Source: Lama guanicoe
Lineage: Eukaryota
Assembly: GCA_013239625.1 (NCBI GenBank)
Contig: MU053754.1
Span: forward strand, 1,655,966-1,719,965
Length of the DNA: 64,000 nt
Direction of reading: 5' to 3'
Part shown: piece by piece, positions 49,631-61,550 of the stretch
How the letters are laid out: each line of letters begins with the position of its first letter
Numbering within the stretch: position 1 is the stretch's first letter
The notes under the pieces: model-generated
What the model saw: only the letters and a program-made list of their open reading frames with translations
Database searches by the model: none
Told to the model about the DNA's origin: nothing
Translations under genes and position numbers: made by a program

Positions 49631-50260
49631 TTTGTTTTTTTTTTTTTTCATTGAGGTATAGTTGAATACGTTTCAGGTGTGTACGATATAGTGATTCACA
49701 ATTTTTAAATTACACTCCATTTATAATTATTATAAAATATTGGCTATATTCCTCAGGCTGTATGATATATCCTTGTTGCTTATTTCTTTTATATATAGTA
49801 GTTTGTATCTCTTAATCGTCTCACCCATCTTACCCTCCCTCACTTCCCTCTCCCCTCTGGTAACCACTAGTTCTCTCTCTTTGTGAATCTCTTTTTTGTT
49901 GTTGTTGTTATATACATTTGTTTGTTTTATTTTTCAGATTCCACATATAAATATCATATAGTATTTGTCATTCTTTGTCCTGATTTGAGTAAGTGTAACA
50001 CCCTCGAGGTCCATCCATATTGCTGCAAATGTAAAAAAAAAAAATCATTTTTTATGGCTGAGTAATAGTCCATCGTATAAATATACCATATCTTCTTTAT
50101 CCAGTCATCTGTCGATGGACATTTAGGTTGCTTCTGAGTCTTGCCTGTTGTAAATAGTGCTGCTGTGAACATTGGTGTGCATGCATCTTTTCAAATTAGA
50201 GTTTTCTTTTGGGGGGAACATATAACCAGGAATGGAATTGCTGGGTCATATGGTAGTTTT
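49631..50260 (-). mobile_element. 5'-truncated L1 (ORF2 C-terminus, 3' UTR, A-tail)
   Basis: ORF 49954-50172 (-) MFTAALFTTGKTQKQPKCPSTDDWIKKIWYIYTMDYYSAIK matches L1 ORF2p; T-run at 49635-49648. Confidence 0.9.
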
Positions 50261-50669
50261 AGGGGTCAGGCTTTTGAAGAATGACTGTAGCTGGGAAACA
50301 CACCATCACCTGTGAAGAATCCTCTGTGCTTCCCCAGATGCTGTGGTTTACTTTTAGTGTGAGAGAGGAAAAAGGACCAGAGACACGTTTGTTGTACAAG
50401 GCCCTTTGAGGAGAAGGACTCTTTCAGTTCTCATCACTGCTTTATTACTTGTAGTATGACTTCAGAAAGAACAGATTCACTGTAATCTCTGACCCTAAAT
50501 GTTCATTTAAACATTTAAAGGTTCATTAAACCCTAAATGTTCATTTAAATATTTTGGTTCATTTTTGTCAGGGGTCAGCAAAATTGCATAAAGGTCCGAT
50601 ATTGGGGGCTTTTTTGGACCATGTGATATCTGGACGCCGTGTAGCGAAAGCGGCCATTATTACATGGAC

Positions 50670-50955
50670 AGACATTGTCACTGTTGTGCAGTCAGTCGCC
50701 AAAACTCTTCTCGCCTGCAGAAGTGAGTGCTGTACCCGTGAGGCACCATCCACCAGCCCTGCAGCTTCTTTTCTGCTCTCTGTGTCTGGGATTTGCTGAC
50801 TCGGAGTACCTCGCAGAAGTGCGGTCACACCGGATTTGTCCTTTTGCGACTGGCTTTTTCATCCAGCGTCCTGTCCTCAGGGTCCATCCATTTTGTAGCA
50901 TGTGTCGGCACTTTCTTCCTTTGTACGGCTTAATACCCTTCCACTGTGTTATATG
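50670..50955 (-). mobile_element. Old L1 3' fragment (L1MB-like), preceded by a short MER58-like piece at ~50568-50660
   Basis: atttgtccttttgcgactggcttttt...cagggtccatccattttgtagcatgtgtc...ttccactgtg. Confidence 0.65.
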
Positions 50956-51254
50956 CCAGTAAATGAGTTATTGGAAGTAGATTTTCTTTGATTATTTAGA
51001 GTCAGTTTTAGCTGAGTGCAGGTTCCTAGGAATCGTCCTCCTGGAAGGAAGTCTTAGGAACACATAGACTTTCCCACTTGAACTGTGTGGAGTTCCGAGA
51101 GGCCCTGGAACTCACCTGTCAATGAAGTACAGACCATAAGGTGGTGTCGCCTTGAGTTAGGGAAATGTCTGCAGTAGAAGCTCAGGAGGGAACAGCATCG
51201 CTGTGTCATCAGGCTCTCAAGAGTTCCGGGTCCCTGAGAAGGCGACCCCACCTC

Positions 51255-51580
51255 TGCAGGTTGGGTTTCCTGGGGAGCAGAGTCTGAGACGGGACTGGCA
51301 TGCGGCAGGTTAACAGAGTTAGGGTGCTCTCCAGATCAGCACCTGTAGGTGGGAGAGGCCGGAGGGGCCAGGCTCGGGTGGGGAGGGGGAGGCCAGGCTG
51401 CCATGAAGTCCCGGGGCCTCGGCTGACACCAGGGTGCTGGCATCACACTCTCCAGTCAGGGGCCTTTGTAGCCGCCTCCCCCACTGACCATTCCCTGGGG
51501 CATGCCTTTGGGCGGAGGCCACTCCTGGCAAGTTGGGGGGAGGGGTCGGGCAGCACCTTAGAGCACCCGTTACCCCAGTG
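51255..51580 (-). mobile_element. ERVL LTR16-like fragment
   Basis: caggttgggtttcctggggagcagagtctgagacgg...cagcacctgt resembles an LTR16 terminus by eye. Confidence 0.5.
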
Positions 51581-51977
51581 AAGGATGCTGTTGCCCTTTC
51601 CTGGGGAGTACCCAGTCGGCAAAAAGCTCTGTTTCATTTCTTTTTAGTTTCGCTTGTAAAACTATTTAAAAATCAGAGTATAACTTGTTAAAATTCAATC
51701 CCAAAGGAAGTGCCTGAAGCAAGATTTTGATAAGGCTCTGTGTGGGCTGGGGAGGCCTTCTCTGGCCCATTTTTGAAAATCGATTTTTATTGGGACAGAG
51801 TCACACTTGTTTTCCCTAAGACTTTCTTCCCTCAGGACAGAGGTGGGTAGAGTAGCTAGAGAGTCTAAAATTTAGTTATTATCTGGCCTTTTGTAGGAGA
51901 CATTTGCCACCACCGCTCTGTGCAGCGGCCACAGCTTTCTTGGAGCCAGAAGCCAAGGGCAGTCTTTTTTCCCTCTG

Positions 51978-52570
51978 GTTTTAATGAGATGTAATGGGGA
52001 TACAGCACCCTGTAAGTGTAAAGGTGCACAACACTATGATCTGACTTACATATGTTGTGAAATGATGACCACAGTTGAGTTTAGTGAATGTCCATCATCA
52101 CTAATAGGTAAAAAATAAAGAACAAAAAGTTTTTTCCTTTTAATGAGAACTCAGGACTTGCTCTCTTAACTGTCATATATAACACACAGCAGTGTTATTA
52201 TATTCTTCACGTTGTATGTTACATCCCTGGTATTTACTTACCTTATAACTGGAAGTTTGTATTTTTTGACTGCCTTCATCCAGTTCCCCCTCCCCTCAGC
52301 CCAGCCTCTGATAACCACAAATCTAATCTCTTTCTGTAAGTTGGATTGTTTGATTGCATAACTGACCTACAACACTTTGTTAGTTCCTGGCATACAACAT
52401 AGTGATGTGCTGTTTTTGTACATCTCTCAAAATGATCATCACAATGTCTAGTTACATCTGTCAGCATGCAAAAATACTACATTATTACTGACTGCATTCC
52501 TCACGCTGTGCATTTCATCTCCGTGACCCATTTATTTTGTAATGAAAGCTTGTACCTCTTCGTCTCCCAC
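51978..52570 (-). mobile_element. L1 3' UTR (L1MA9/laurasiatherian type)
   Basis: ttgtgaaatgatgaccaca...tgagaactcaggacttgctctcttaac...cttataactggaagtttgta...ctctgataaccacaaatct. Confidence 0.8.
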
Positions 52571-54799
52571 CCCTCAAAGGCAGTCACTGGAGGAGGAGTA
52601 ATGGCACACTCAGTATTTGCCCACGATGCTGAGTTTCAGGCTGGTTGAAGGAAGGTCCCCATCCTGGTGTGATGCTTTCAGAACCCCTAGGGGTGCAGGT
52701 GCCGGAGTTCAGTCTGCTGTTCTGCACAGCTGCTCCACAGCACAGCCCGAGTCAGGCTGGTTTCCAGGGCTGAGACCCCCTTCCCTGGGTCACAGGCACC
52801 ACGTTTCCTGGGCTGTGATAGGGAAGAACAAGAAGGGGTAAGGAGGCTCTGGGCAAAAACTTGTAGGAAACCTCTGTTCCGGGTGCTGTTCCTCTTCAGA
52901 ACATGGATGAACAGGTTAATGTCTAGAAACCCACCAAATGAGGCATAAACCCAACCTGGGACAGAATAGAAAACCTCCTGAGTGTGAGGAAAGCATTTAT
53001 GAATTCCTCTAGCTTAGAAGACTTAAAAAGACTTAAAAGGCTTATTTTTTAAAAAACGAACACGAGAAGAATCCTGTTCATAGTTGTGTTTCAAATGAAC
53101 GTATGTTTATAAGCCAGATGTCATTTTAGTGGAACGGAGAGGGGCTTCTCTCTCATCTTTCTCCTTTTCTTTTGTTAAATAAGTAGCTTCTTGGTCTGCT
53201 TGGCACTGTGGGCTCCCCAAGCCCAGAAAACTTTGTTTTATTATAAAGCTTTTTCTACTGTAGTCAAGTTTTGTGCTTCTAATAAATTGGCAGAAATTGA
53301 GTTCCTTAAATTTTGCCAGCACAGTTTAAAAGCAATTAAAGCAAATTCAGTTATTACATTTGAAATTATTGTCTGAGTAAATTATAGTTTAAAATTCAAT
53401 TTATACTAAATCCTACACTTAATGAACAGACCACATCACACATTTTTATGTTCTTAAATTACCCATGGCTTTAAAGTGGTAAAACAGCTCTTTTTCAAAA
53501 TACTGCCTGTTTCCTGTTTTTTTTTTTTCCCTACCCCTCCAAAAATATTTACATTTTTCTTTCAGAATAAGGTGAGAAAATTCCTCTGGCTTCTCAATTT
53601 TAAGGCATAATACTTGTCTTTCCGTCACAAATATGCTTGTCTCTTGCTGGACTTCAGCCTATGAAATCTTCATATGTAACAGGAGGAAGGCATTTCTGGA
53701 TTTGTTCCAAACTACATACATTTTTGAATGGTGCATCTTACCCTTTCTCCTGAATTCCTACCTCCTCATCACATTTTTAGATGTATTTAATTGGAAATAG
53801 CTCCCCCTAAGTTTCACATGTTAAACAGTGTCCTTAGAAGCATTTTTTCTGGGCCATGTATAAAGCAACCCAGAAGTAGTCAGCAGATAATCTTGGAGCA
53901 GGGCAGGGTGTGTTTACGCTGGAGCTTGGGCGGGGATGGGATGGTGAACTGGTGAGGAGCAGAGAGCCCCAGTGAGGTGGCGAGGCAGCCCTTTTGCCTG
54001 GTTTCCTAGTCACTGCCAGCTGTTGGTGGATCCCCTGCTCTGGCCCTGTGAGGGCCAGACATCTGTCCCCAAACATCTCCCCAGTGCTGTCCTGTAGGAT
54101 CAGTGCCCCCAAAAGATGACTTTCCTGTTTCCTCCTCCTGCTCCCCCCACCCCCACCAGAACGGCCCCAGCCACTGTTCTTAATTTGGGAATAAGGATAG
54201 TGTGACCTTGACAAGGGTGTTGGGAGCATCAAGATAAAAGCCTTTGGGCCCAGCAGGCTTCCTGATCTTGACTTTCTGCTCAAACTCTGTGCCCACCTTT
54301 CCCCACCCCCCGGGCATCCTGACTGCCCTGCATCCTCGCTTCCCCACAGCTTTGCTGAGGATGCTGCTGCTGCCCTCGGAGCACTTCTCAGCCCAGCTGC
54401 CATTGGAGTCTCCTGGGAGCTTCGCACATCTTCTGCTGCATGATTCCCACCTCATAAGGCAGGTTGAACTGGCCTGGGTGCTGCCCAGTTTGAAGCAGGA
54501 CGGTGCAGCATGAGTGCTGGGATGCGTGAGGAGCTTTGTGTGGCACTATGTATTCACCCGGTCGGGGAGTTCCAGTAATGGCCTTCATGTCTTGTTATCC
54601 CATCATACAGGGGACAGAGGAGAGGCCTAGAGAGAGGCATTCTATCCACACTCGTCTGGTTTTCTTGTCTTCTAAGGGACAGAGGGCCTGGGGGCGAGGT
54701 AAATTGTGAACCTCCTTCCCTGCGGCATTCCCTGTGCAGGCGTGGGAGGGAGAGCCGTGTTGCTCAGCACTCCACCCCTCCTGCCGGGCCGGTGCAGAG

Positions 54800-55162
54800 T
54801 GTGCAGGGGCTGCTGGGACACAGCGCTGCCGACTAGGGGGCTTCTGACTCCTCACTGCTCTGGGGGCTGGAAGTCTGAGATCATGTGTCGGCAGGGCTGC
54901 TTCCTCCTGAGGCCTCTCTCCTTGGCGTGTAGACGGCTGTCTTCTCTCTGTGTCCTTGCACGGTCGTCCCTGTGTGCCTGTCTGTGTCCTGATCTCCCCT
55001 TCTTACAAGAGCATGGGTCAGGTTGGAGTAGGGCCCACGCCAACTACCTCACTTAACTTCATTACCCCTTTCAGGACCTGTCTTCAGGTGCAGCCATGGT
55101 CTGAGGTCCAGGGGTTGGGGCTTCAACATCTGAGTTTTGGGGAGACAGCGTGCAATCCCTAA
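54800..55162 (-). mobile_element. MaLR solo LTR, MLT1B-like
   Basis: tctgggggctggaagtctgagatca...cctgaggcctctctccttggcgtgtagacggc...tagggcccac...ggcttcaacatctgagttttgggg. Confidence 0.85.
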
Positions 55163-57454
55163 TGGTGTGAACACTTGACACAACTGGATATGTGAGTGCG
55201 TGTTTCCTTTCTGCTTCCTTAGGGGTGATTAGAGGTGATTCTAAGTTAATAATCATACATTGTCTTCTTCCTCCCCTCTGAAAAAAACCAAAAACAAAGA
55301 CAAACTTAGTCCTTAATGGTACCTAAATGAAACATTGTAAACATCAGCCCTACACTTAGAAACGTGTTCTGATATTAGGGAAATAGGAAAACAATTTTTG
55401 AGAAGTTTTGATTTCCCTCTGAGTGAAAATCTTCAATGAAAAGACACACTTCCCTCTTTCAGCTGTTGAGAAAATGTATCTTCCAGGTTCAAACCATGCA
55501 GCGAATGGGCAAATTGTTCTGAATCTCTCTGTGGACACTCCAGTTGCATTTTGGGGGCACCAAGACCCAGGCAGTTTCCAAGGCAAAAATAGACTGCCTC
55601 GCACCCAGGAGACCCGAAGGAAGGGCGCAGTGATGGTTTGGCATTTATGTGGTATCTGGAGAGCACGAGGGTCAGGGATGCCAGATTGCGAGGCCAGAAG
55701 GATCGAGTTTTCGGCTTTATGGGCCCGGACCCCGGCTCGGCTTCCCGGTGTCCCACTCGGGGCTCTGTGGAGGGGAGTGGCGTCCGCAGACCTTCTCCGG
55801 CTAAGCTTGAGTCCAGCTCAGCTTAGTGCTTTATGTGGTACTTGTTTACAAATCGGTAGGTCCATCCTTAGTGTTTAGTGCTGAGTGCTTGGTGTGAATG
55901 AACAGTGCGCTTTGTATGCTGTTGGTTTGGGTATAAGTAGACTGTTAGTCTCTGAAGCTCAGTATCCAGGAGGACCTCGGCACGTCACTGCTGTGAGAAG
56001 ACTGCGGACAGAGCTACTCTAATGGAATCACGGGCGTGGAAGAGTCCAAGGGATGTAGTTCCTGTCACACTTCACAGACCGGCAATAGCGTACTGGGGGC
56101 AAAGACTGTTGAAATTAGAGGTTGGACCACAAATGTTTAAAGTCACGTGATTTATTTTTCAAGCATTTTTGACTGATTCAGTCTTCATATTAGAATGGCT
56201 TGGAGCTGACCAGCCCGAATTAGCCAATGTATTGGCATCCATATTAGACCAGTACCATACCCAGGTGTGCCATGATTTTTAATGCACCGTGACCAGTTGA
56301 AATGCACAGTGATAGGCGTTCTTATCCTGTGATGAGTTCAGTGCATGCCCTTTGTGTTTTAAAGTACCTTACAGGCAGGTATTACGATAGCTGTTAGTGG
56401 CCATTACAGAAAACTATCAAACTTTACATGTGTTGGGCAATTCTTGTTTTTTGGCCAAGCATCAGAATTGAGCAATTCTGTCATGTGGTTTTGGTATCGT
56501 ATTGCCAGCATCCTGAAAGTCAAATAATTTCCATTTGTTACACACAGGTAATAATTATGAAATAATTTCCATGGAACCTGACTATAAGCCCACAGCCCCT
56601 CTGGCTCAGCTGCAAAGTCCAAGTGCCGCTCATTCCAATAAGGGGAGGGCGCATCGTCCAAACGGGGTGCTCCCCAGCCACGGGGTGCGCTTCGCCTGTA
56701 CGCGGAGAAGCAGAGCCACAGACTGAGACCACGGTCAGGTCGCAGGCTGCTAGTTGAACTTTCATGACAAAGACATTTTAAAGCGTTCGGATCGAGGCAG
56801 TGACTTTAATTTCTCTTCTGGTTGGGGGATGAGAGCCATCTCCCTGTAAGAGAAACCAGAGTGCACAATCTGTTCAAGAACAAACATCCTTCTGTTACTT
56901 TGACCCTTCCCGGGGTGCGTTGGAGGCCACACATTGCTGCTCTTCTTCCACCCTGAAGCAGTTACTCAAAGGGCAATCCACTAAGGCCTTGCAGAGTTAC
57001 CAGGGACCTTTACTGTGATCATTTGGAACTTGATTCCATGTAGCCAGTGTTCATTGAGTGTAGCCCAGTGTTCACTGAGCATAGCCCAGGGCGGGGGTGG
57101 GGGCTCGAGGACCTTGGTCCTTACCCTTGAGACGGGTCCGTGTGGAGTGGCCTGTGGTGCTGAGGACAGAAGTGTACTGGCGTTCTTTTTTGGGATATTG
57201 AAGAGCTTGCTGTTAGAGGTGGTTCTGCTTCCTGTTGGACCTCACTCTCCACCCCTTCGTGGGCATGCAGTAGGTGGTTAATAAGTACTGGGGGGCGAGT
57301 GGAAGAGGAGCAGTGGCTGGACTGTCCTCTGCACCGCAGTGTGGAAGGGTTGGCTGCATTGAGGAGCATTAACGCATCACATTTGTCACTGCTGCTGCCA
57401 CTGCCACTGAGCACGACCTGGACACCTGAGAGTGGGGTCTCTCCAGAGCACTTC

Positions 57455-57812
57455 GTCTCAGTCCGTGGGCTGCCGTAACCAAATGGCCCCAACTGGCTGT
57501 CTTGTAAACGACAGGAATACATTGCTCAGTCTGGTGGCCAGAGGTCCAGTACCACGGCACAGGTGGATCCCACGTCCGGTGACAACGCACTTCTAGGTGG
57601 TGGTCTGCCTGCTGCGTCCCCACCAGGTGGGAGGGCCGAGGAGCTCCATGAGGTCTCGTTTGTAAGGGCGCTGATGCTGTCCTGCTGGACGCTACCCTCA
57701 TGACCTCGTCACGTCCCAAAGGCTGCATCCCCCACTTGCATCACATTGGCCATTAGGTCTCGGCATGTGAATTGGGAGTTGAGGGTGGGGCACAAGCGTT
57801 CAGTCTGTAGCA
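57455..57812 (-). mobile_element. MaLR solo LTR, MLT1A-like, CpG-rich
   Basis: gtctcagtccgtgggctgccgtaaccaaat...accctcatgacctc...cccaaaggc...catcacattgg...catgtgaatt...ttcagtctgtagca. Confidence 0.8.
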
Positions 57813-58609
57813 ATGACTGTACAGAAGGAGACGACTTTGGTGATGGCCTATCAGGTATGCCCTCTCCGGAGAGACACTTCCAGTGAACTGATAAATGGAA
57901 CCGGTTCTCCGATGCACCGGTTAGACAAGGAATTGTGCAGACCTGCTACGGCAGTGCTGAGCGGTGATCACGCTGAGGACAGCTCCAAGTCTGCCCCTGC
58001 TGCCCACGTGGAAACGGGAGTTCTCCTTCAGTCCTTGGGCGGTGGGGTGCATTTTATTTTATTTTTACTTTATTGAGGTAGAGTTGATTTAAAGTGTTAT
58101 GTAAGTTGAGAGTTCTCATTCTTTAAGGAAACCTTTTTGAGCAACTGCAGTGTGTCAGGAATAACTAGTTCTCAGTGTCTTGGGGAGATAAGACGCTAGG
58201 GAAGGGAAGCTTGGGTAAGTGGCAGCCCAGGAAGGCCTCTGTACCTGGAGACAGTGAGTTTTGGAAAGGTGGTGACCTTAGCGCTGGGCTCAGCGGTGTG
58301 AGGGGAAAGACTTTTCCCAGATCATTAGTTGGGATAAACTTGAGTTGGTGGCAGGATGGGGCGGGCAGCAGAGTAGGCCATTTGGGTGGCACTCAGAGAG
58401 ATTTGAACGGAAAGAGGGAGCTGGGACATTCAGAGGGTGGGTTTGGGTCTTGAAGGCCCATCCTTGGAGGATGGAACAGACTCTCTAGAAAGGGGAGAGA
58501 CCACTGAGTATTGTTTTGTTTTTTTTGAACAGAGAAGGGGCACATCAAAAAGTGTACCTAAGAAAAAGTGATCTGGGAGGAACATGAAGGTCAGAGCTGG
58601 TGCACTGTG

Positions 58610-58778
58610 TCCCGTACACCCATGTTCAGCCCACCCCCTGTGCTAAGGATGGTTTTCACATTTTTAAAGAGTCATGAAAGAAAAGTAAAGAACATTGTAC
58701 GACACAGACTGTGTGTGATCCCCAGGGCCTGTGATGTGCATTACCTGGCCCCTCACTGAAGTAGTTTGCAGAGCACTG
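58610..58778. mobile_element. MER58-family fragment
   Basis: gctaaggatggttttcacatttttaaag...cagactgtgtgtg...cctggcccctcactgaagtagtttgc. Confidence 0.65.
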
Positions 58779-59597
58779 TTGGATTGAAAAGGAGAAGACA
58801 ATGTGGAAAAGATGGTTTTTCCTACAGTAAGAGGGCACTGAGCTTGCCTGTAGACTAAGAGTCGAGGTCCTCTGGAATTACAGATATGGAGACGAAAGAC
58901 ACGAGGATACGGAGGATGAAGTGTGGCCCAGAACAGGCTGGACTCAAGACATGTCAGTGGCATTAACTTCGGGAAGGTGAAGGCTGATTCTTGCTTTGAA
59001 ACAAAGAGAGGGAAAACTCAGGGTCGAAAACGAGCTATTAGGTGGCAAAGAGGAAAGCGGAGCCTCTTGGGAAGTCTTGGTGCAGCACGATCTGCACTGG
59101 GTCTGGGCGTTGGCTCTTGAGCAGGGCAGAACATTCAGGAACGTGCTATAAAGAACAAAGTCTGGAGGCAGTTAGCTGTGGGTCATATGGGCGAAGTGTC
59201 CCGTGCTGCAGGGTGCTGGGATTTCCCTTTAAACTGTATGCTCCTTCACCGTGATGCTTTCGCATGTTCAGCTGCCAGAAGTGTCTGGGTCACTTTTATT
59301 TGTCAGCACTCAGGGCGAGTGCCTGGCCCTGTGATGGACGGTGTTCAGCAGCGCTTGCTGAGTGAATGAATGGGTGCCTGAGAGCACAGCGGGCTGCTGA
59401 AATACAGGGGATGGGCCTTTTCTGCTGTCCCTGTTGGCCTGGGGACACTCGGTCCACACCAACCGACTGTGGCGGGAACGGAAACAGCCCCTGCACTGTG
59501 CTGGCCTGCGTGGCAGCCGTCCGGTGGGGCTGGGGAGCGCCTGACATGGGGCTCGTGGGACGGGAGAACTGAATTTTGACTCTCACATACTTTCCCC

Positions 59598-60080
59598 CTT
59601 ATTGTGATAAAATATGTATGACAAAGTTTGTCGCTCTAACCATTTGGAAATGTGGAGTTAGTTCTGTGGCTCTAAGGACACCCACATTGTGCCTTTGTCA
59701 CCATCACTCATGTCCAAAACCTTTCATCTCCCCCAGCTGAACCTCTGTCCCCCCTGAACAATAGCGCCCCCTGCTCGCCACCCCCACTGCCCCTGCTTAT
59801 CTCTGTTCTACACTCTCTCTGTGGATTTGACTGCCCTGGGTGCCTCGTGTGGGTGGAATCATACAGGTCTGTCCTTTCGTGATAGGCTGATTTCACCTGG
59901 CATCATGTCCTTGTGTTGGACCATGTGTCAGACCCTCCTTCCTTTTTCAGGCTGAATCATATTCCATTGTGGATATATGCTGCGTTTTTGTCTGTCCATC
60001 CCTCCAGCGATAGACACCTGGGTTGCGTCTGCCTATTGGCTACTGTTCATAATGCTGCTATGAATATGAGTGTATTCACT
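59598..60080 (-). mobile_element. Old L1 3' end (L1MB-like)
   Basis: ttattgtgataaaatat...gtggaatcatacag...ggctgaatcatattccattgt...ataatgctgctatgaa. Confidence 0.85.
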
Positions 60081-61087
60081 TAAATTTGAGTTTGAATAGG
60101 CACATGGGGGCTTGGCGGGTGGCATGCTGGGACTCCTGGTGGTGAAGGCTTTGGAGGAAAGTGGTTCTCTGTGACCATAAGCAGGCCCAAGATGCACCCA
60201 TTTGAGGTGGTCGGAGTGCATCTGAGATCAGTGTCACTGGTGTTGCGGGCCACGGAGGGGACGGGAGGCGGATTCAAGGAGTTTGTTAAATCATTTGTGC
60301 TAATGTTTGACGCCCGGAGGTTCAGTTAATAATTTAAACGTAATGATTTGTGGAGACTGGAGATTAGATTTAATCTGTCTGGGTTTGGTTTTGTTTCTCC
60401 TCCCTCAAGGGTCTGGTCTTGGGGGCAGTCATGCTGCTCTTTTCGTCTGAAAAACTAAAGCTGGTTTGTGTGACCACTCTTACAGTAAAGGGTTGATGGG
60501 AGTCCAGCTCTGTCTTGCATGTCCCTTTCCTCAGTGGCACTTTTTGTTGTTTGGGGGTGTGTCACGTGTCCAGACCCCAGAGCATGTTTTTTGTCTACGA
60601 TGAACCTTTGGTGGGTAAGGGAGGCCAGGGGAGAGGCTGCATGCTTGGATGCTGAGGTATGGTGCACCTGTTGGGAGAAGCAGGCTGGGGTCCCTCCCGG
60701 CAGCACAAGATGGGGCAGAGGACAGCGGAGCAGGTGGAGTACCCGGGGGGTCAGCTGCTGCAAAAGCGGCAGGGCACACAGGGCTCGGGGGACGGGCGGG
60801 TCAAGGTGTGGCAGATTAGAGTTAAGGTGACAGGGACTCTGAGAAGAAGGAATTGTGACGTTATTTCCTCATTGATCCTTTGTGGATCTTTCAGTGGCTG
60901 CCGTGAGAAGGATAGACTGTGTCCCAGGGTGAGAGGGATGTCTGGGCATGTGTGTGCTTGTTTACATGCACAGAGCCCTTCTTGTGACCTCCATGACGGT
61001 AATGCAGTCCCACGAAGGTCGCGGTCATCCTGGAGATGGCGTGGTCTGGGAGCAGCTCACATCAGGGTGGAATGAGGCTCCTCCGAT

Positions 61088-61262
61088 GAGTAGCTGTGGT
61101 GTCTTGTCATGTTAACTAGCCACTTTCTGCTGTGGTTTCTCAGTCAGGAGAATGGAGTTGACGACACCTACTTTGTCAGGTGCTTGTATGAATTCCGTGA
61201 GAGGACACGTGACAGTCTTGGTACTCGGGCACTTGGTAAGGACTGGCTTCTGTTAATAAATG
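61088..61262 (+). mobile_element. MIR SINE
   Basis: tagctgtggtgtcttg...gtttctcagtc...aatggagttga...acctac...cttggtact...aataaatg. Confidence 0.55.
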
Positions 61263-61284
61263 AGGGCATCTTGGTCCCTACTGC

Positions 61285-61550
61285 CTTTTCCTCCCCGTGA
61301 CTAACCTTGCTTATTCTTTAAGACTAGGCTTTGGTATCACCACCTCTAGGAAGCCTCTGTATCCCACCCAGATGGCTTTTTTTCATCTATGTTTTGCAAT
61401 CTGCCCAGGGCAGTTTGTTACAGCACTTCTGTATCGTTTTATGATAGTCGTTGGCTAGCTCTGTCTCCCTACCAGATTGAGTCACGGCCAGGCCTGCGTC
61501 ATGTTCAGCGCGTAGTCCTGCACCTCGCACAGAGCCTGGCACCTGCATGT
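61285..61550 (+). mobile_element. L2 LINE 3' fragment
   Basis: tattctttaagact...tatcaccacctctaggaagcct...tctgtctccctaccagattg...gcacagagcctggcac. Confidence 0.6.

Noticed and set aside
53834..54427. 197-aa minus-strand ORF (and similar 100-190 aa ORFs such as 48503-49078, 30675-31199, 55423-55878)
   Set aside because: No recognisable domain or exon structure; several overlap repeats; lengths are expected by chance in GC-rich DNA.
54824..54842. CTCF-like motif ccgactagggggc inside MLT1B (also ggctagggggc at ~13079)
   Set aside because: Partial core match only; such matches are common in GC-rich sequence and cannot be supported without ChIP data.
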